Shown in pieces: positions 47,232 through 58,244 of a stretch of DNA of 64,000 bases. Positions within the stretch are counted from its first letter, which is position 1, and the number at the start of each line of letters is the position of its first letter. Under the pieces are notes generated by a model that saw nothing but the letters and a program-made list of their open reading frames with translations, was not told the DNA's origin and made no database searches. A program made the translations under genes and the position numbers. Origin of the DNA: Bdellovibrionota bacterium (GTDB taxonomy: Bacteria; Bdellovibrionota_C; UBA2361; JBIKWN01); the NCBI GenBank assembly GCA_044356295.1, contig JBIKWN010000003.1, positions 63,580 through 127,579 on the forward strand, given 5' to 3'.

Positions 47232-48404
47232 ATGAAACCTGTTATATGCGCTGCTTATCGTTCCGCAATTGGCTCTTTTGGCTCAGCATTAGCTGGATTA
47301 AGTGCCGTCGAGATTGCAACCGCTGTCATTAAAGGATTACTTGAAAAAACTAAGCTTCCTGCTGAACTCGTTCAAGAAGTAATTGTCGGAACTGTCATTT
47401 CTGCAGGTCAAGGACAAGCGCCAGCAAGACAAGTAACAATTCATTCAGGAATACCTCAATCAGCTCACTCTTTAACGATTAATAAAGTATGTAGTTCAGG
47501 ATTAGCAGCAATTATGCTTGCAGCTGATCAAATTAAACTTGGTAACGCTAATGTTATTATAGCAGGCGGAATGGAAAGCATGAGTAACGCCCCATACCTT
47601 CTTCCTCAAATGAGAAGTGGCGCGCGTTATGGAAACCAAACAGCAGAAGACTCAATCATTAAAGATGCTCTTTGGGATGTATATCATGAATATTTAATGG
47701 GGCATGCTGCTGAACTTTGTGCCAAAGAAAAAAATATTACTAGGCAAGATCAAGATAATTTCGCAATACAAAGCTATACAAGAGCTGTTGAGGCGAGTAA
47801 AGCTGGTTATTTTAAAAGTGAGATTATTCCGATTAAAGTCAAGAAAGGTAAGGAAGAAATTGTTTTTGATACTGATGAAGAACCGTTTAAAGCATCACTT
47901 GAAAAAATCCCCTCTCTCAAACCTGCATTTTTAAAAGATGGTACCGTTACAGCAGCAAACGCTTCATCTTTAAATGATGGAGCTTGTTTTGTATTAGTAT
48001 GCTCAGAGGCATTTGCTCAAAAACAGGGATTAACAATTCTTGCTCATATTGAAAATTATGGTGTTCATTCTCAAGCACCTGAATGGTTTACGACTGCTCC
48101 AATTGGTGCAATTGAAAAAGTATTAAAAGGTGCTGGTAAAAACACCTCTCAAATTGATCTTTTTGAAATAAACGAAGCCTTCTCATGCGTTGGACTTGCT
48201 TGCCAAGCTGGTCTGCAAATACCAACAGAGAAATTAAATATCTCTGGTGGAGCTGTTGCCTTAGGTCATCCAGTTGGCTCATCAGGGGCACGAATTCTTA
48301 CCACTCTCATTCATAACCTTCATCGCCTCAATAAAAAATCAGGTGCTGTTGGAATCTGTAACGGTGGTGGTGAAGCAACGTCGATGCTTGTATCAGTTCC
48401 CTAA
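47232..48404 (+). CDS. Acetyl-CoA C-acetyltransferase (thiolase)
   Basis: NKVCSSG, GGMESMS, EINEAF, GHPVGSSGARI and GICNGGG motifs; ATG at 47232 after AAGGA. Confidence 0.96.
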   Translation: MKPVICAAYRSAIGSFGSALAGLSAVEIATAVIKGLLEKTKLPAELVQEVIVGTVISAGQGQAPARQVTIHSGIPQSAHSLTINKVCSSGLAAIMLAADQIKLGNANVIIAGGMESMSNAPYLLPQMRSGARYGNQTAEDSIIKDALWDVYHEYLMGHAAELCAKEKNITRQDQDNFAIQSYTRAVEASKAGYFKSEIIPIKVKKGKEEIVFDTDEEPFKASLEKIPSLKPAFLKDGTVTAANASSLNDGACFVLVCSEAFAQKQGLTILAHIENYGVHSQAPEWFTTAPIGAIEKVLKGAGKNTSQIDLFEINEAFSCVGLACQAGLQIPTEKLNISGGAVALGHPVGSSGARILTTLIHNLHRLNKKSGAVGICNGGGEATSMLVSVP

Positions 48405-49227
48405 TTAAGCACCGTAAACCATTTGACTCAGAGCGTGTACTGCATCTTCAATCTGTTCAACTTCACTTTTTAATGATGCACTTGAAACAGCGGTCTGCTC
48501 TGCAGAGAAGCAGCATTATGTTGGTTTACACTCTCAATTTCGCTGATCGACTTATTAACTTGCTCAATCCCGACAGTCTGTTCACTTGTTGCAGAGGAAA
48601 TTTCTCTTACTAAACTTGCAGCCTTGAGAGCATTCTCTTTAATCTTGCTTAGATGATCTGCTACAAATTCTGAAACTTTAGAACCTAACTCAGTTGAACG
48701 TTGAAGCTTTTCAGAGGTTTCCTTAGCTGCTTGAGCGCTTCTTTGTGCAAGATTTCTTACTTCATCTGCTACAACCGCAAAACCTTATCCAGCTTCCCCT
48801 GCTCGTGTTGCTTCAACTGCTGCGTTTAATGCAAGGAGGTTTGTTTGAAATTCAATCGCTTCAATTGTACCGAACTGTTTCAAGTTTCAAATGAGATCGT
48901 TTTCTTTTTCCAAGACCTTCATCAGTAAACTGAAGTTCTTCTCCATATTCTTTCTGAACTGATTGAAGTTTTGAAAATTCTTGATCAATCTTAGAGCTTA
49001 ATTCAGAAGTTTTTTTCGGGAGCAATTCTTAGTTGACCAACTTCGTTTAACAATACTTCAAGTGGTCTTTGATAAGCATTTCCTTTTGTTTCCCACACAG
49101 CAAAATTTACATTTGCCATTCTCCCGTCTATAACATGAAATATGAGAGCCCCTATAGGAAGAAAATATGCTAAGCTGATAGATAAAAGGCAACGAGAGAT
49201 TCTTATTCGTTCAAGAAATTTAAACAT
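48405..49227 (-). pseudogene. Methyl-accepting chemotaxis protein pseudogene
   Basis: [38 protein letters not shown] with in-frame TAA at 48787-48785; frameshifts at the A7 run (49016-49010) and near 48505; large internal deletion near 48871. Confidence 0.92.
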
Positions 49228-49300
49228 ATTTTCCCCAGGTTAGAAAAGTAAACCAAGGATAACGTCGGATAAATTTCAGGCTAAACTTAATAGCAAAATT

Positions 49301-51103
49301 TTATTTTCTTTTATTTGCTGGAAGAATTGCTTTACGAAGCCTAATAGATTTCGGAGTAACTTCAACAAGTTCATCTTCTCGGATAAATTCGATTGCCCGC
49401 TCTAAAGTTAGAGGTGTTATTGGGGTTAGAACAATATTGTCTTCTTTTCCTGAAGCTCTGACGTTTGTTAACTTCTTGGCCTTATTGACATTTACGTCCA
49501 TGTCTCCATCTCTATTACATTCACCTACTATCATACCTTCGTAAACTGCAGTCCCTGGGGTAACAAAAAGATTACCTCGGGGCTCCAAGTGATAGAGGGC
49601 ATAAGTAATACATTCCCCTTCTCTGTCAGATACTAAAGATCCTGTGAGTCTCGACTCAAACTCACCACGAAAAGGCTCATATCCTTCAAGATATGAGTTC
49701 ATCAGTCCTGTCCCTCTTGTATCTGTCAGGAATTCATTTCTGTAACCAATGAGACCTCGGGCAGGAATAGAATATTCAAGTCTAACTCGTCCTGTACCAT
49801 GATTGACCATATTGGTCATTTTACCTTTTCTCCTTGAAAGCTTCTCGGTGACAGCACCGATAAATTGATCGCTACAATCAATAAAGAGGTGTTCAATCGG
49901 TTCGCAGTTAACACCGTCGATTTGCTTCATAATGATTTCAGGTCGCCCAACGGTTAACTCATAGCCTTCACGCCTCATCTGCTCGATGATAATGGCCATT
50001 TGAAATTCGCCGCGACCCTTAACGATAAGAGTCTCCCCTCCAGTTTCTTCAATTTTTAAAGCGACATTATAAAGTGTCTCTTTAATAAGGCGCTCTTTTA
50101 TTCTTGGAAACTGAACATACTTACCTTCCCTACCAGCAAGAGGAGAGCTATTGACGAAAAATCTCATTGCAATCGTTGGCTCATCAACGACAACTCGCGG
50201 GAGCGCTTTTGGATTCTCACGTATGGTAATCGTATCTCCGATTTCTACTTCATCGGCACCAGCAAGAATTATTACATCTCCAGGTTGTACTTCTTCAACT
50301 TCTTTGAATGAAACACCTTCATAGACTTGTAACTTAGTTACCTTGAGTGGTTCAGGTTTTCCATTTCTTCCAATAACAACTAGTTTGTCTGATTTTTGTG
50401 TAGAACCATGAAAAACGCGCCCTATTGCAAGTCTGCCTAGATAATCTGAGTACGTAAGGTTAAGGCATAACATTTGAAAAGGCTCGCCTTCTTTGTATGA
50501 AGGGCCAGGAATTGATTCTAAAATTTGATCAAATAACTGAGATAAATCTGTTGCTTCACCGTCTAAGGTTTTCTTTGCAAGTCCATCTCTTCCGATTGCA
50601 TATAAAACCGGAAATTCAATCTGCGTATCATTAGCATCTAGATCGATAAAGAGGTCATAGACTTGATTTAATATCTCTTCGGGTCGAGCATCTTTACGGT
50701 CAATTTTATTTATAACGACAATTATCTTCTTATTCGCTTGAAGCGCTTTACTAAGGACAAATCTTGTCTGGGGAAGAGGTCCTTCAGATGAATCCACAAG
50801 TAGGATAGCTCCATCAACCATCATGAGAGCTCTTTCAACTTCAGCACCGAAATCGGCGTGACCAGGAGTGTCGAGAATATTAATTCGCACACCCTTCCAA
50901 TGAATAGAACAGTTCTTGGCAGAGATAGTAATTCCACGTTCTTTTTCAAGATCCATACTATCCATGACCCGATCTTGAAGCTCTTCATGAGCCTGAAAGA
51001 CTCCAGCTTGACGGAACATGTGGTCAACGAGTGTTGTTTTCCCGTGATCTACGTGAGCGATGATTGCGATATTTCTAATTGCTTGATTGTGCTTAACTGC
51101 CAT
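49301..51103 (-). CDS. typA: Translational GTPase TypA/BipA
   Basis: IAHVDHGKTT, ERGITI, DTPGHADF, NKID, KKLTNVRASG and EVTPKSIRLRK motifs. Confidence 0.98.
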   Translation of the reverse strand: MAVKHNQAIRNIAIIAHVDHGKTTLVDHMFRQAGVFQAHEELQDRVMDSMDLEKERGITISAKNCSIHWKGVRINILDTPGHADFGAEVERALMMVDGAILLVDSSEGPLPQTRFVLSKALQANKKIIVVINKIDRKDARPEEILNQVYDLFIDLDANDTQIEFPVLYAIGRDGLAKKTLDGEATDLSQLFDQILESIPGPSYKEGEPFQMLCLNLTYSDYLGRLAIGRVFHGSTQKSDKLVVIGRNGKPEPLKVTKLQVYEGVSFKEVEEVQPGDVIILAGADEVEIGDTITIRENPKALPRVVVDEPTIAMRFFVNSSPLAGREGKYVQFPRIKERLIKETLYNVALKIEETGGETLIVKGRGEFQMAIIIEQMRREGYELTVGRPEIIMKQIDGVNCEPIEHLFIDCSDQFIGAVTEKLSRRKGKMTNMVNHGTGRVRLEYSIPARGLIGYRNEFLTDTRGTGLMNSYLEGYEPFRGEFESRLTGSLVSDREGECITYALYHLEPRGNLFVTPGTAVYEGMIVGECNRDGDMDVNVNKAKKLTNVRASGKEDNIVLTPITPLTLERAIEFIREDELVEVTPKSIRLRKAILPANKRK

Positions 51104-51259
51104 GACGGGGTAAGTATAGATGAAAATTTATAAAACTTCGAATTGTGTCAATAAAAGCTCTAAAAATGGTGTTTTTAGGGCTTTTTTACTCTTTTTGCAC
51201 CTTTCTCATTACTCTATTAGAACTTTAACAATAACGGCAATCTTTGATACCCTCTATGA

Positions 51260-52411
51260 GTGCAACGCTATTATGATTTGACCGTACGACTACTCCTCAT
51301 TACCTTTGTCTGCTTCATTTACTATACATTTCTAACTTTTAATTTTCTTACCCCTGAAAAATCAACATTCAATGATGATTTTCCAAATTACTACTTTGCA
51401 GGCCTTCGCTTCTTTAATGGACTGCCAGTGTATGGAGCTCTAAAGCATGATGTCTTCACTCATCTAGGCATTGAGAACTATCAAGCATACGCAACCGATC
51501 CTCCTCTTACAGTGTTCTTACTAAATGTAGTTTCAATCTTTGATTACCAGATTAGTTGGTGGCTTTTTATTGCTTTATCAGTCGTCTGCCTTTTCTCTGC
51601 AATAACATTATTTTTAGATGAGTATGATTTTTCGCTCAATACTCGTTTAGCACTTCTTTCGATCTGTTTCATATCTCAACCATTTCTTTTTCTTTTAAAG
51701 AAAAATCATTTTGAATCAATTCTTCTCCTTTTATTTGTTCTTGGTTTTAAGGCATTTAAAAAGCAACGAGAAGGTATCGGAATTTTTTGGTGGTCAGTTG
51801 CTGGTTCACTCAAGCTGTTTCCGATTGTCTGGCTACTAGCAGTTCCAAATCGAACTTTCTTAAAGCGTATTCTTTATTGTCTCGGTACACTTTTAGGAAG
51901 TCTGACGCTTGGAGCGATTCTTCTTGGTATAAATAATACAGTTGATTTCTTTACAGTTGCACTCCCAGCCTCGGCTTTTTGGCAAGGAAGCGTGGGTAAC
52001 TATTCCATTATATCTTTTGCCGCAGCACTTGGATCCTACAATCTAGGAATAGCGATTCTTGTGCTCTCTGGTTTTCTTGTATTGATATGGAACAGAAAAA
52101 CAAAGAGCAATGTAGAATCAGAGCTAACAATTATTGCTGCATCCTTATTATTGTCACCCTTATGTTGGATAAATTACTTTATCCTCTTGCTTCCGTTATT
52201 TATTAAGGAAATAGCTGACTATCTATCAAGCAGAACATTATTTAAAAGTTTAAGAGTTTGTTTAGTGTCTCTTTTTATCTTCTATCCGACTGTGATTAAA
52301 TTCTCCCTGGATCTGTTAACAATTCTCGCTTCTTTCGTACCACTTTCTCTTTTACTATTTCTTACTTTTCTTCCCAGTAAAGAATCAAAAAATTGGATAG
52401 GAAAGATTTAA
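51260..52411 (+). CDS. GT-C glycosyltransferase, GT87 (DUF2029)-like
   Basis: DF..YY.AG, PP, LKLFP and LLSPLCWINY motifs; multi-pass membrane. Confidence 0.75.
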   Translation: MQRYYDLTVRLLLITFVCFIYYTFLTFNFLTPEKSTFNDDFPNYYFAGLRFFNGLPVYGALKHDVFTHLGIENYQAYATDPPLTVFLLNVVSIFDYQISWWLFIALSVVCLFSAITLFLDEYDFSLNTRLALLSICFISQPFLFLLKKNHFESILLLLFVLGFKAFKKQREGIGIFWWSVAGSLKLFPIVWLLAVPNRTFLKRILYCLGTLLGSLTLGAILLGINNTVDFFTVALPASAFWQGSVGNYSIISFAAALGSYNLGIAILVLSGFLVLIWNRKTKSNVESELTIIAASLLLSPLCWINYFILLLPLFIKEIADYLSSRTLFKSLRVCLVSLFIFYPTVIKFSLDLLTILASFVPLSLLLFLTFLPSKESKNWIGKI

Positions 52412-54762
52412 ACCCTTTCTCGAAACCAGATCTCAAAAAAGAGGATGCAGAGAAAAAGTAAAATAATCCATCGTTGTAATGAATAGTTTTGCGTTTCTTC
52501 AGGCGTATTATTCGGTAATGAAATTGGATTAATTTCCCCGCCAGTAATACTTGATAATTCACTGAGCAGTGGAAGGTTTATTCCTTGATTTTGCTTCTCA
52601 CCCAAAATATCACTCAAAACATGAAATTTCATTGTAGGAAATACTTTGTCATTAGATTTCAGTGATACGGTATAGTCCCCACTCTGCAGTGAAGACATCT
52701 CTACTTGGTATAAACCTTTAGCTTTCAATAAGAAGTTCACGTTTTTAGTCGTTCCATCAGGTGCCATAACAGTTCCTGTAATTTGATCTGAGGGAAGTGA
52801 TGAGTACACTGCTAGGTCTATGGTAAGTCGATCTCCATCAATACGTGGTTTCATATCAAAACGGAGTGATTCGTCTTGTCTTAATGCCAGTGAGCTTGCA
52901 TTAACAAGATCAAGTATAAATTGAGGAAATTTTTCCCAGCCCGCCCATTCGTCGCTCCATCTTCCATAAATATCAGAAGTAAAGCTAATTACTTTTCCTT
53001 TTTGAAAATTCCAAGACGCAAGGAGTGGATCAAGCGAACCAGCACTTTCAATTTGCAGCTCTAGAGCTGCGTTTTCTTTTATTTTTGTTTGAACAAATCC
53101 CTTCAGAAGAGGGAATTGATTCAGTGAAGTACTCACTATACCTGATGGACCTCTCTTTATTCTGTACTGAGCTGCTTCTTTCATGGTCCGCTCACCTGTA
53201 GAGATTCGAATATCCTCCATAAAAATTCGAGGAAGTTTTGAAGGATCAGTAGTTACATAAAAAAGTCCTCCTCCAGTCTCTGACATCTCTTTTAATGGAT
53301 AGCTTCCACCATCGTCACTTAATAATACGGCAGAAAGAGTTATCCCAGAGATTCGAAGTTGTTTTACGAGCTCTACGTACATCGGGCCAGCATCTGGAAG
53401 TCGCCCATCAGTCAAAACAATAATATGTTTTCTTCCAGCTGGAACGCGTTCAACAAGCCGTCCTGCATCTTGTAGGGCTCGCATGAGACGCGTGGAACCA
53501 GTAGGGAAAATATTTTCAATCTGAGAAAGTGCAGTTGACCGGATGTCTTGAACTCTTCCAATTGGCACAACAACGAATGGTTGTGAATCAAAGGCAACGA
53601 CACCTATGTAATCATCTGGCTTAAGACCAGTAATTACTTCACGAGCAGCACTTTTTACGAAATCAAGTCTACTTTCATTTGCCATGCTTTGTGATTTATC
53701 AATAACAAGTTGAACCGCTACATTTAAACGTTTCTCCTCAGTTTGTGGAGGCACACTTGATACAGGCATAGCCTCTTCAATAATTGAGTCTCGGTACCCT
53801 CCAAGTCCATAGCCACGCTCACCACCAAAAGTGATTAAACCTTTCCCCGTAGCAACGACTTCTTTTAACGAAGTAAGAAAATCGTTTGAAAGTTGCTTAA
53901 TTGAAACATTATTAAGAATGATAGTTGCATACTGCAGGAGGTCATTTTTAGAAATCTGAGCTGCTGCCGACCCTATGATACTTTCAACTTTAAACTTCTG
54001 ATTTTCGAGAATTGGTTTTAAAATTTTTGCGTCAGTTTCCGCACCGTTTACTACTAATACTTTCTCTCTTTCAGTCAAAGAAAGAAAACGACTTGCAGTA
54101 GAGATTGGTAAATCATTTTGAGGTGTAAACGTTGCAGTTATCCGCTGCAAGCCTTCTTGTTTTGGATCGCTTTTTGATTCAATCCTTTTTTCTTCCCCTG
54201 ATTTCACCGTAAGGAGTTGTTCGTCAATAATTTTGTCACCATGCTTTACAACTAGAGTTCCTTTGCAAGCAGATTCATTCTGATTTTCAATTGTTATAAA
54301 AATTGGAACCGATACATTCCGACCTGCACTTAAAGGTGTTGATAAAAGAGATATGCCGCAATGTGTTCCCTTACTGACCTGCGCTGGTACTATTGGATAA
54401 ACCTTCTGCCCACGCTGGGTTAAGGTAGGATAGAGCTCATGAACAGACGATCGATTCTCCCAACCGTCTGACACAAGAAGTATTGTTTTTGAATAAACAG
54501 ATGATAGCGCAGAATAAAGATCTGTCTGGTCCATATTGATAGGATTATTTTTAGTTCCAGCAAAATAGGTAATTGTTGCAGAAGATCCAGCGATTGTTTT
54601 TGCTTTATTTAAAGCTTCCGCCCTATCTTTTTCTGAAAAGCTTTTACTAATATCAACAAGAATTGCAACATCCTCAGTTGCTTTTGGAGTCGTAATCGAT
54701 GGATTATACCAAGCAATCAGCAGAACAATTAAAAGAAGGAGTCTTACGAGTATGCTTTTCAT
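52408..54762 (-). CDS. VWA + glutamine-amidotransferase-like membrane protein
   Basis: Two MIDAS-like motifs (LVDISKS, VIDKSQSM), LTDG, GG..YGLGGY and W..GKV..FTSD...W motifs. Confidence 0.85.
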   Translation of the reverse strand: MKSILVRLLLLIVLLIAWYNPSITTPKATEDVAILVDISKSFSEKDRAEALNKAKTIAGSSATITYFAGTKNNPINMDQTDLYSALSSVYSKTILLVSDGWENRSSVHELYPTLTQRGQKVYPIVPAQVSKGTHCGISLLSTPLSAGRNVSVPIFITIENQNESACKGTLVVKHGDKIIDEQLLTVKSGEEKRIESKSDPKQEGLQRITATFTPQNDLPISTASRFLSLTEREKVLVVNGAETDAKILKPILENQKFKVESIIGSAAAQISKNDLLQYATIILNNVSIKQLSNDFLTSLKEVVATGKGLITFGGERGYGLGGYRDSIIEEAMPVSSVPPQTEEKRLNVAVQLVIDKSQSMANESRLDFVKSAAREVITGLKPDDYIGVVAFDSQPFVVVPIGRVQDIRSTALSQIENIFPTGSTRLMRALQDAGRLVERVPAGRKHIIVLTDGRLPDAGPMYVELVKQLRISGITLSAVLLSDDGGSYPLKEMSETGGGLFYVTTDPSKLPRIFMEDIRISTGERTMKEAAQYRIKRGPSGIVSTSLNQFPLLKGFVQTKIKENAALELQIESAGSLDPLLASWNFQKGKVISFTSDIYGRWSDEWAGWEKFPQFILDLVNASSLALRQDESLRFDMKPRIDGDRLTIDLAVYSSLPSDQITGTVMAPDGTTKNVNFLLKAKGLYQVEMSSLQSGDYTVSLKSNDKVFPTMKFHVLSDILGEKQNQGINLPLLSELSSITGGEINPISLPNNTPEETQNYSLQRWIILLFLCILFFEIWFRERV

Positions 54763-56291
54763 TGTAGTCTTCCGAAAAATTTTCTCTTTCTTAGGAAGTA
54801 CAACAAATCTAACAGAAGCAATAAAAATACGATTGCAATGATTATACGGCCATAATAGACAAGTTTCTTGTCATCGAGCATTCGCTGAGGAGAAGTCACT
54901 TCCGGTCCGCCCTCTATTATCACTTGATTTCTCTCTAAGAGAGACTCTTCTATCAGAGGGTTCTTTGATTTCTCTTTATTAAAAACAAACTGAAAAATAT
55001 TTAGAGTAAGTATATCAAAAAATCTTGATTTTGCTTCTCCGAATGGAACAAGTGACAACCCAGATAAAACCACAGTATTACCAGATTGTTTTCCATGGCA
55101 AAGAACTTCCTTACCAGAGATTTTCAAATCGACACTCATCCAAGAAGGACAAGTTATCTCTACGGCTGAAACTTTACTTACCAAAGACGGAGACAAATAA
55201 CGAAGAAGAATGCCTTCATCATTCCACCATGAAAATGGACCTTCTATAGTGTTTCCCTTAGTTTTTTCAATAAGAATATTTTGATTTGCTTTTCCGATTA
55301 AGATTTTCTCAATCGGAGCATCATGAGAAAGCAGTTTGATTTGATTTTGGATTTTCTCTTTAGAATTTGAACTATCTTTTGAAGGTACGTATCCTTTTGG
55401 AAGCCCTGAATAATCCAAAAGTCTTTGGTCATCTTGCATTATTTCGATTGAAGGTTTGTCGGTGAGGGCTTCTATCTGATTATCACGCTCCAAGCGATCA
55501 TCTTCCCAATGCTGCGCATTAAACTTAACAAAACTTGATAAGCCGTTACTCGTTTTTTTATTTTCATATTTTAGTTGACTATTTGAAGCAAGAGTTACCG
55601 AACTATTATCTATAGTCCCACTCACCTCTCGCTGGGATATGTTTCGAATATATTCACCATCAAAGAAAATATTTTCTTTAGGCAGAATTTGTAAAGTATT
55701 CGTATTTTTGAGTATTCCTGAAAATTTGCGAAGCACCACTTCCTTATCTGAGGCTATAAAAATCGTATCGTAGTCATCAACCGAAATATTCGATAATAAC
55801 TCTGAAAGGTCGTCTCGATGAGGGTTTTTGCTTTGAACAATATTTTCTTTTAAAAAATTTTCATCAATATCGATTTTCAAACTTCTATTCTCTGTATCGA
55901 TAAAATCAACTTGGCTAGCAAAATCTAAATTACTAAAAAAATCATTTACTGATTTCCTTAAAACATCCTGAAAAGTTTTTTCTTTTTCAACTTTAACTTC
56001 AGTTGAAAGTGATACATCCATAACAATAAGTGCTTTTTGCTGTTTATGATGGAAGGATAATCCAGCAATAATAAGTGATAAAAGTAACCCTATTAAACAT
56101 TCAATGAAAAATCGAAGCGGAAGTTTAGGATCTTTCTTCGATAGTGGTGTTCGTTTAAATTTTCTAAGAAGTGCTATTGTTGAAACAATTCTATCGGTTC
56201 CATCGCCTCTTGTTCTGTAGAGGCGCCAAATACCTAGCCCAAAAAGGAAAGCAGCAGAGATAAAAAATGGCGAGAGAAACGATATCCCCAT
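54759..56291 (-). CDS. BatA/VWA-like membrane protein
   Basis: SFLSP N-terminal double TM, VMDVSLS motif, C-terminal TM; lies in the moxR operon. Confidence 0.65.
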   Translation of the reverse strand: MGISFLSPFFISAAFLFGLGIWRLYRTRGDGTDRIVSTIALLRKFKRTPLSKKDPKLPLRFFIECLIGLLLSLIIAGLSFHHKQQKALIVMDVSLSTEVKVEKEKTFQDVLRKSVNDFFSNLDFASQVDFIDTENRSLKIDIDENFLKENIVQSKNPHRDDLSELLSNISVDDYDTIFIASDKEVVLRKFSGILKNTNTLQILPKENIFFDGEYIRNISQREVSGTIDNSSVTLASNSQLKYENKKTSNGLSSFVKFNAQHWEDDRLERDNQIEALTDKPSIEIMQDDQRLLDYSGLPKGYVPSKDSSNSKEKIQNQIKLLSHDAPIEKILIGKANQNILIEKTKGNTIEGPFSWWNDEGILLRYLSPSLVSKVSAVEITCPSWMSVDLKISGKEVLCHGKQSGNTVVLSGLSLVPFGEAKSRFFDILTLNIFQFVFNKEKSKNPLIEESLLERNQVIIEGGPEVTSPQRMLDDKKLVYYGRIIIAIVFLLLLLDLLYFLRKRKFFGRLQ

Positions 56292-57175
56292 TAAAGGACT
56301 CCACCTTTTGGCAGTACTGTTTCTAAAATAAATGAATCGACTGAATTGACACTTGAAAAGTATCTTGAAAATTTCATTCCACTTGACTTGCTGAACTGCT
56401 CAAGCCGCTCAAGTTCTGCCAGAAATACTTTTTTATACGATAATTCGTCTTCAGTGCTCCATGCAAATGTCAGTTTTTCGCCTGATTCACTATCAACATA
56501 AAATCCACTTTCACCAACTGCCGCAGGATTCAAATCGTGCGCACCAACAACTTGTATAATATGTGTTTCGTAGTTTTTCTTACGGAGCGCTAAAAATGCG
56601 CTTTCTATTTTAGTAAAATCAACAAAAAAATCTGAGATTAGAAAACATATTCCAGGATACCTATGCCGATTTACACCAAGGAGCGTCTCGGATAAGAAGT
56701 AATTTTCTGATGTTTTTTGCTCTTTTAAAGTTTCAGGGAGTTGACTAGCAAGAGCTGCAAAACTTTTTTTTCCAACAAAACTTTGTGGAGCTGAGCTTCC
56801 CATTAATAAACTATTCACTTGGTCACCCTGACCAAGAGCAATATATGCAAGTGATAATAGGATTTCTTTGGCGCTACTCCATTTATTATCAACCATCATG
56901 CTGGGGCTTCCATCAATCATAAATAAAAAAGATAGTGCCTCTTCTTCCTGAAAACGTTTTATAACAAAGCGGTCCGATCGTGCATACACATTCCAATCAA
57001 TGTTGCGCGGATTATCACCAAGTTCATATTGTCGATAATCCGAAAACTCAAGTCCCTGACCTTTGCGAGGTGATATATGACCTCCTTGACGAGCACCAAG
57101 AAATTTTTTGCGTGCACGTATTTTAGCTGTCTCGAGCTGCTGGAAGTACTCTTTAGTAAAAAGAGCTGGAATCAT
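56291..57175 (-). CDS. DUF58 domain protein
   Basis: GLEFSDYRQYELGD.PR.IDWNVYAR, IDGSPSM and LISDF motifs. Confidence 0.93.
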   Translation of the reverse strand: MIPALFTKEYFQQLETAKIRARKKFLGARQGGHISPRKGQGLEFSDYRQYELGDNPRNIDWNVYARSDRFVIKRFQEEEALSFLFMIDGSPSMMVDNKWSSAKEILLSLAYIALGQGDQVNSLLMGSSAPQSFVGKKSFAALASQLPETLKEQKTSENYFLSETLLGVNRHRYPGICFLISDFFVDFTKIESAFLALRKKNYETHIIQVVGAHDLNPAAVGESGFYVDSESGEKLTFAWSTEDELSYKKVFLAELERLEQFSKSSGMKFSRYFSSVNSVDSFILETVLPKGGVL

Positions 57176-57181
57176 GAAACG

Positions 57182-58177
57182 TTACTTAGCTGTCTTAATT
57201 TCATTAAGGATTGCATCGGTAGAAATACCATCTGCTTCTGCTTGAAAATTCACTATCAAACGATGACGAAGTGTAGGAACCAATACTGAACGAATATCTT
57301 CAAATGCTAGATTAATTCTTCCGTCAAGCAGTGCATGTGCTTTTGCAAGCAGGATTAAACTTTGTGCTCCACGAGGACCGGGTCCAAATCGTAAATATTT
57401 AGAAACAAGCTTTGTTTGATATTGGTTGCCAGGTGTAAGGGCAGAAATAATTCGAACAATTACATCTTGAAGAGGCTCAGCAACAACAACAGAGCGAATT
57501 AAAGATCTATATTTTAAAATGAGCGCACTACTATCTGATTCAGGAAAAACTCCTGTAACTTCCGGTATTGAAGATCCGGTAGTTCGAGCAAGAATCTCTT
57601 TTAAAACTGTCGAAGAAGGAGCAGGCACAATTACTTTTGCCATAAATCGATCGAGCTGAGCTTCGGGGAGTGGATAGGTCCCTTCAAGCTCTACAGGATT
57701 TTGAGTTGCAAGCACAAAAAATGGGTGGGGCAATATATGACGCTCACCAAGAACGGTAACCTGCTTTTCCTCCATTGCTTCTAGCAGAGCACTTTGAGTC
57801 TTTGGGGTTGCCCTATTAATCTCATCGGCAAGAACTATGTTTGCAAAAAGAGGTCCTGGTTTAAATTGAAAAACTCGTTTTCCAGTCTGATCTTCGGTTA
57901 AAACCTGCGTGCCTGTAGCATCAGAAGGCATTAAATCTGGGGTAAACTGAATTCGTTTGAATGAAAGACCAAGCGTTGTAGCAAGTGATTTCACTAAAAG
58001 TGTCTTTCCAAGCCCAGGAACACCTTCGAGAAGGACATGTCCGCCAGCAAAAACGGCACTTAAAACAGTCACAATAACGTCATCAACGCCTACCATAACT
58101 TTTTTCAGCTCATCTTCAAGACTTTTGAAGCTAGATTTAAAATTTATAATTTGTTGCTCTAAAGGCTCACTTTCCAT
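57182..58177 (-). CDS. moxR: MoxR-family AAA+ ATPase
   Basis: GHVLLEGVPGLGKT, RIQFTPDLMPSD, LADEINRATPKTQSALLE and ATQNP.E.EGTYPLPEAQLDRF motifs. Confidence 0.95.
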   Translation of the reverse strand: MESEPLEQQIINFKSSFKSLEDELKKVMVGVDDVIVTVLSAVFAGGHVLLEGVPGLGKTLLVKSLATTLGLSFKRIQFTPDLMPSDATGTQVLTEDQTGKRVFQFKPGPLFANIVLADEINRATPKTQSALLEAMEEKQVTVLGERHILPHPFFVLATQNPVELEGTYPLPEAQLDRFMAKVIVPAPSSTVLKEILARTTGSSIPEVTGVFPESDSSALILKYRSLIRSVVVAEPLQDVIVRIISALTPGNQYQTKLVSKYLRFGPGPRGAQSLILLAKAHALLDGRINLAFEDIRSVLVPTLRHRLIVNFQAEADGISTDAILNEIKTAK

Positions 58178-58244
58178 ACGCTTTACACTTTGTATACTCG
58201 TCGATAGAGTTTAACCCGCAATTCAAACAACCGCGAGTAATTTA

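Noticed and set aside
48785..48787. Stop-codon readthrough or recoding in the MCP
   Set aside because: Accompanied by two frameshifts and a deletion, and TAA terminates many intact genes here, so pseudogenisation is the simpler explanation.
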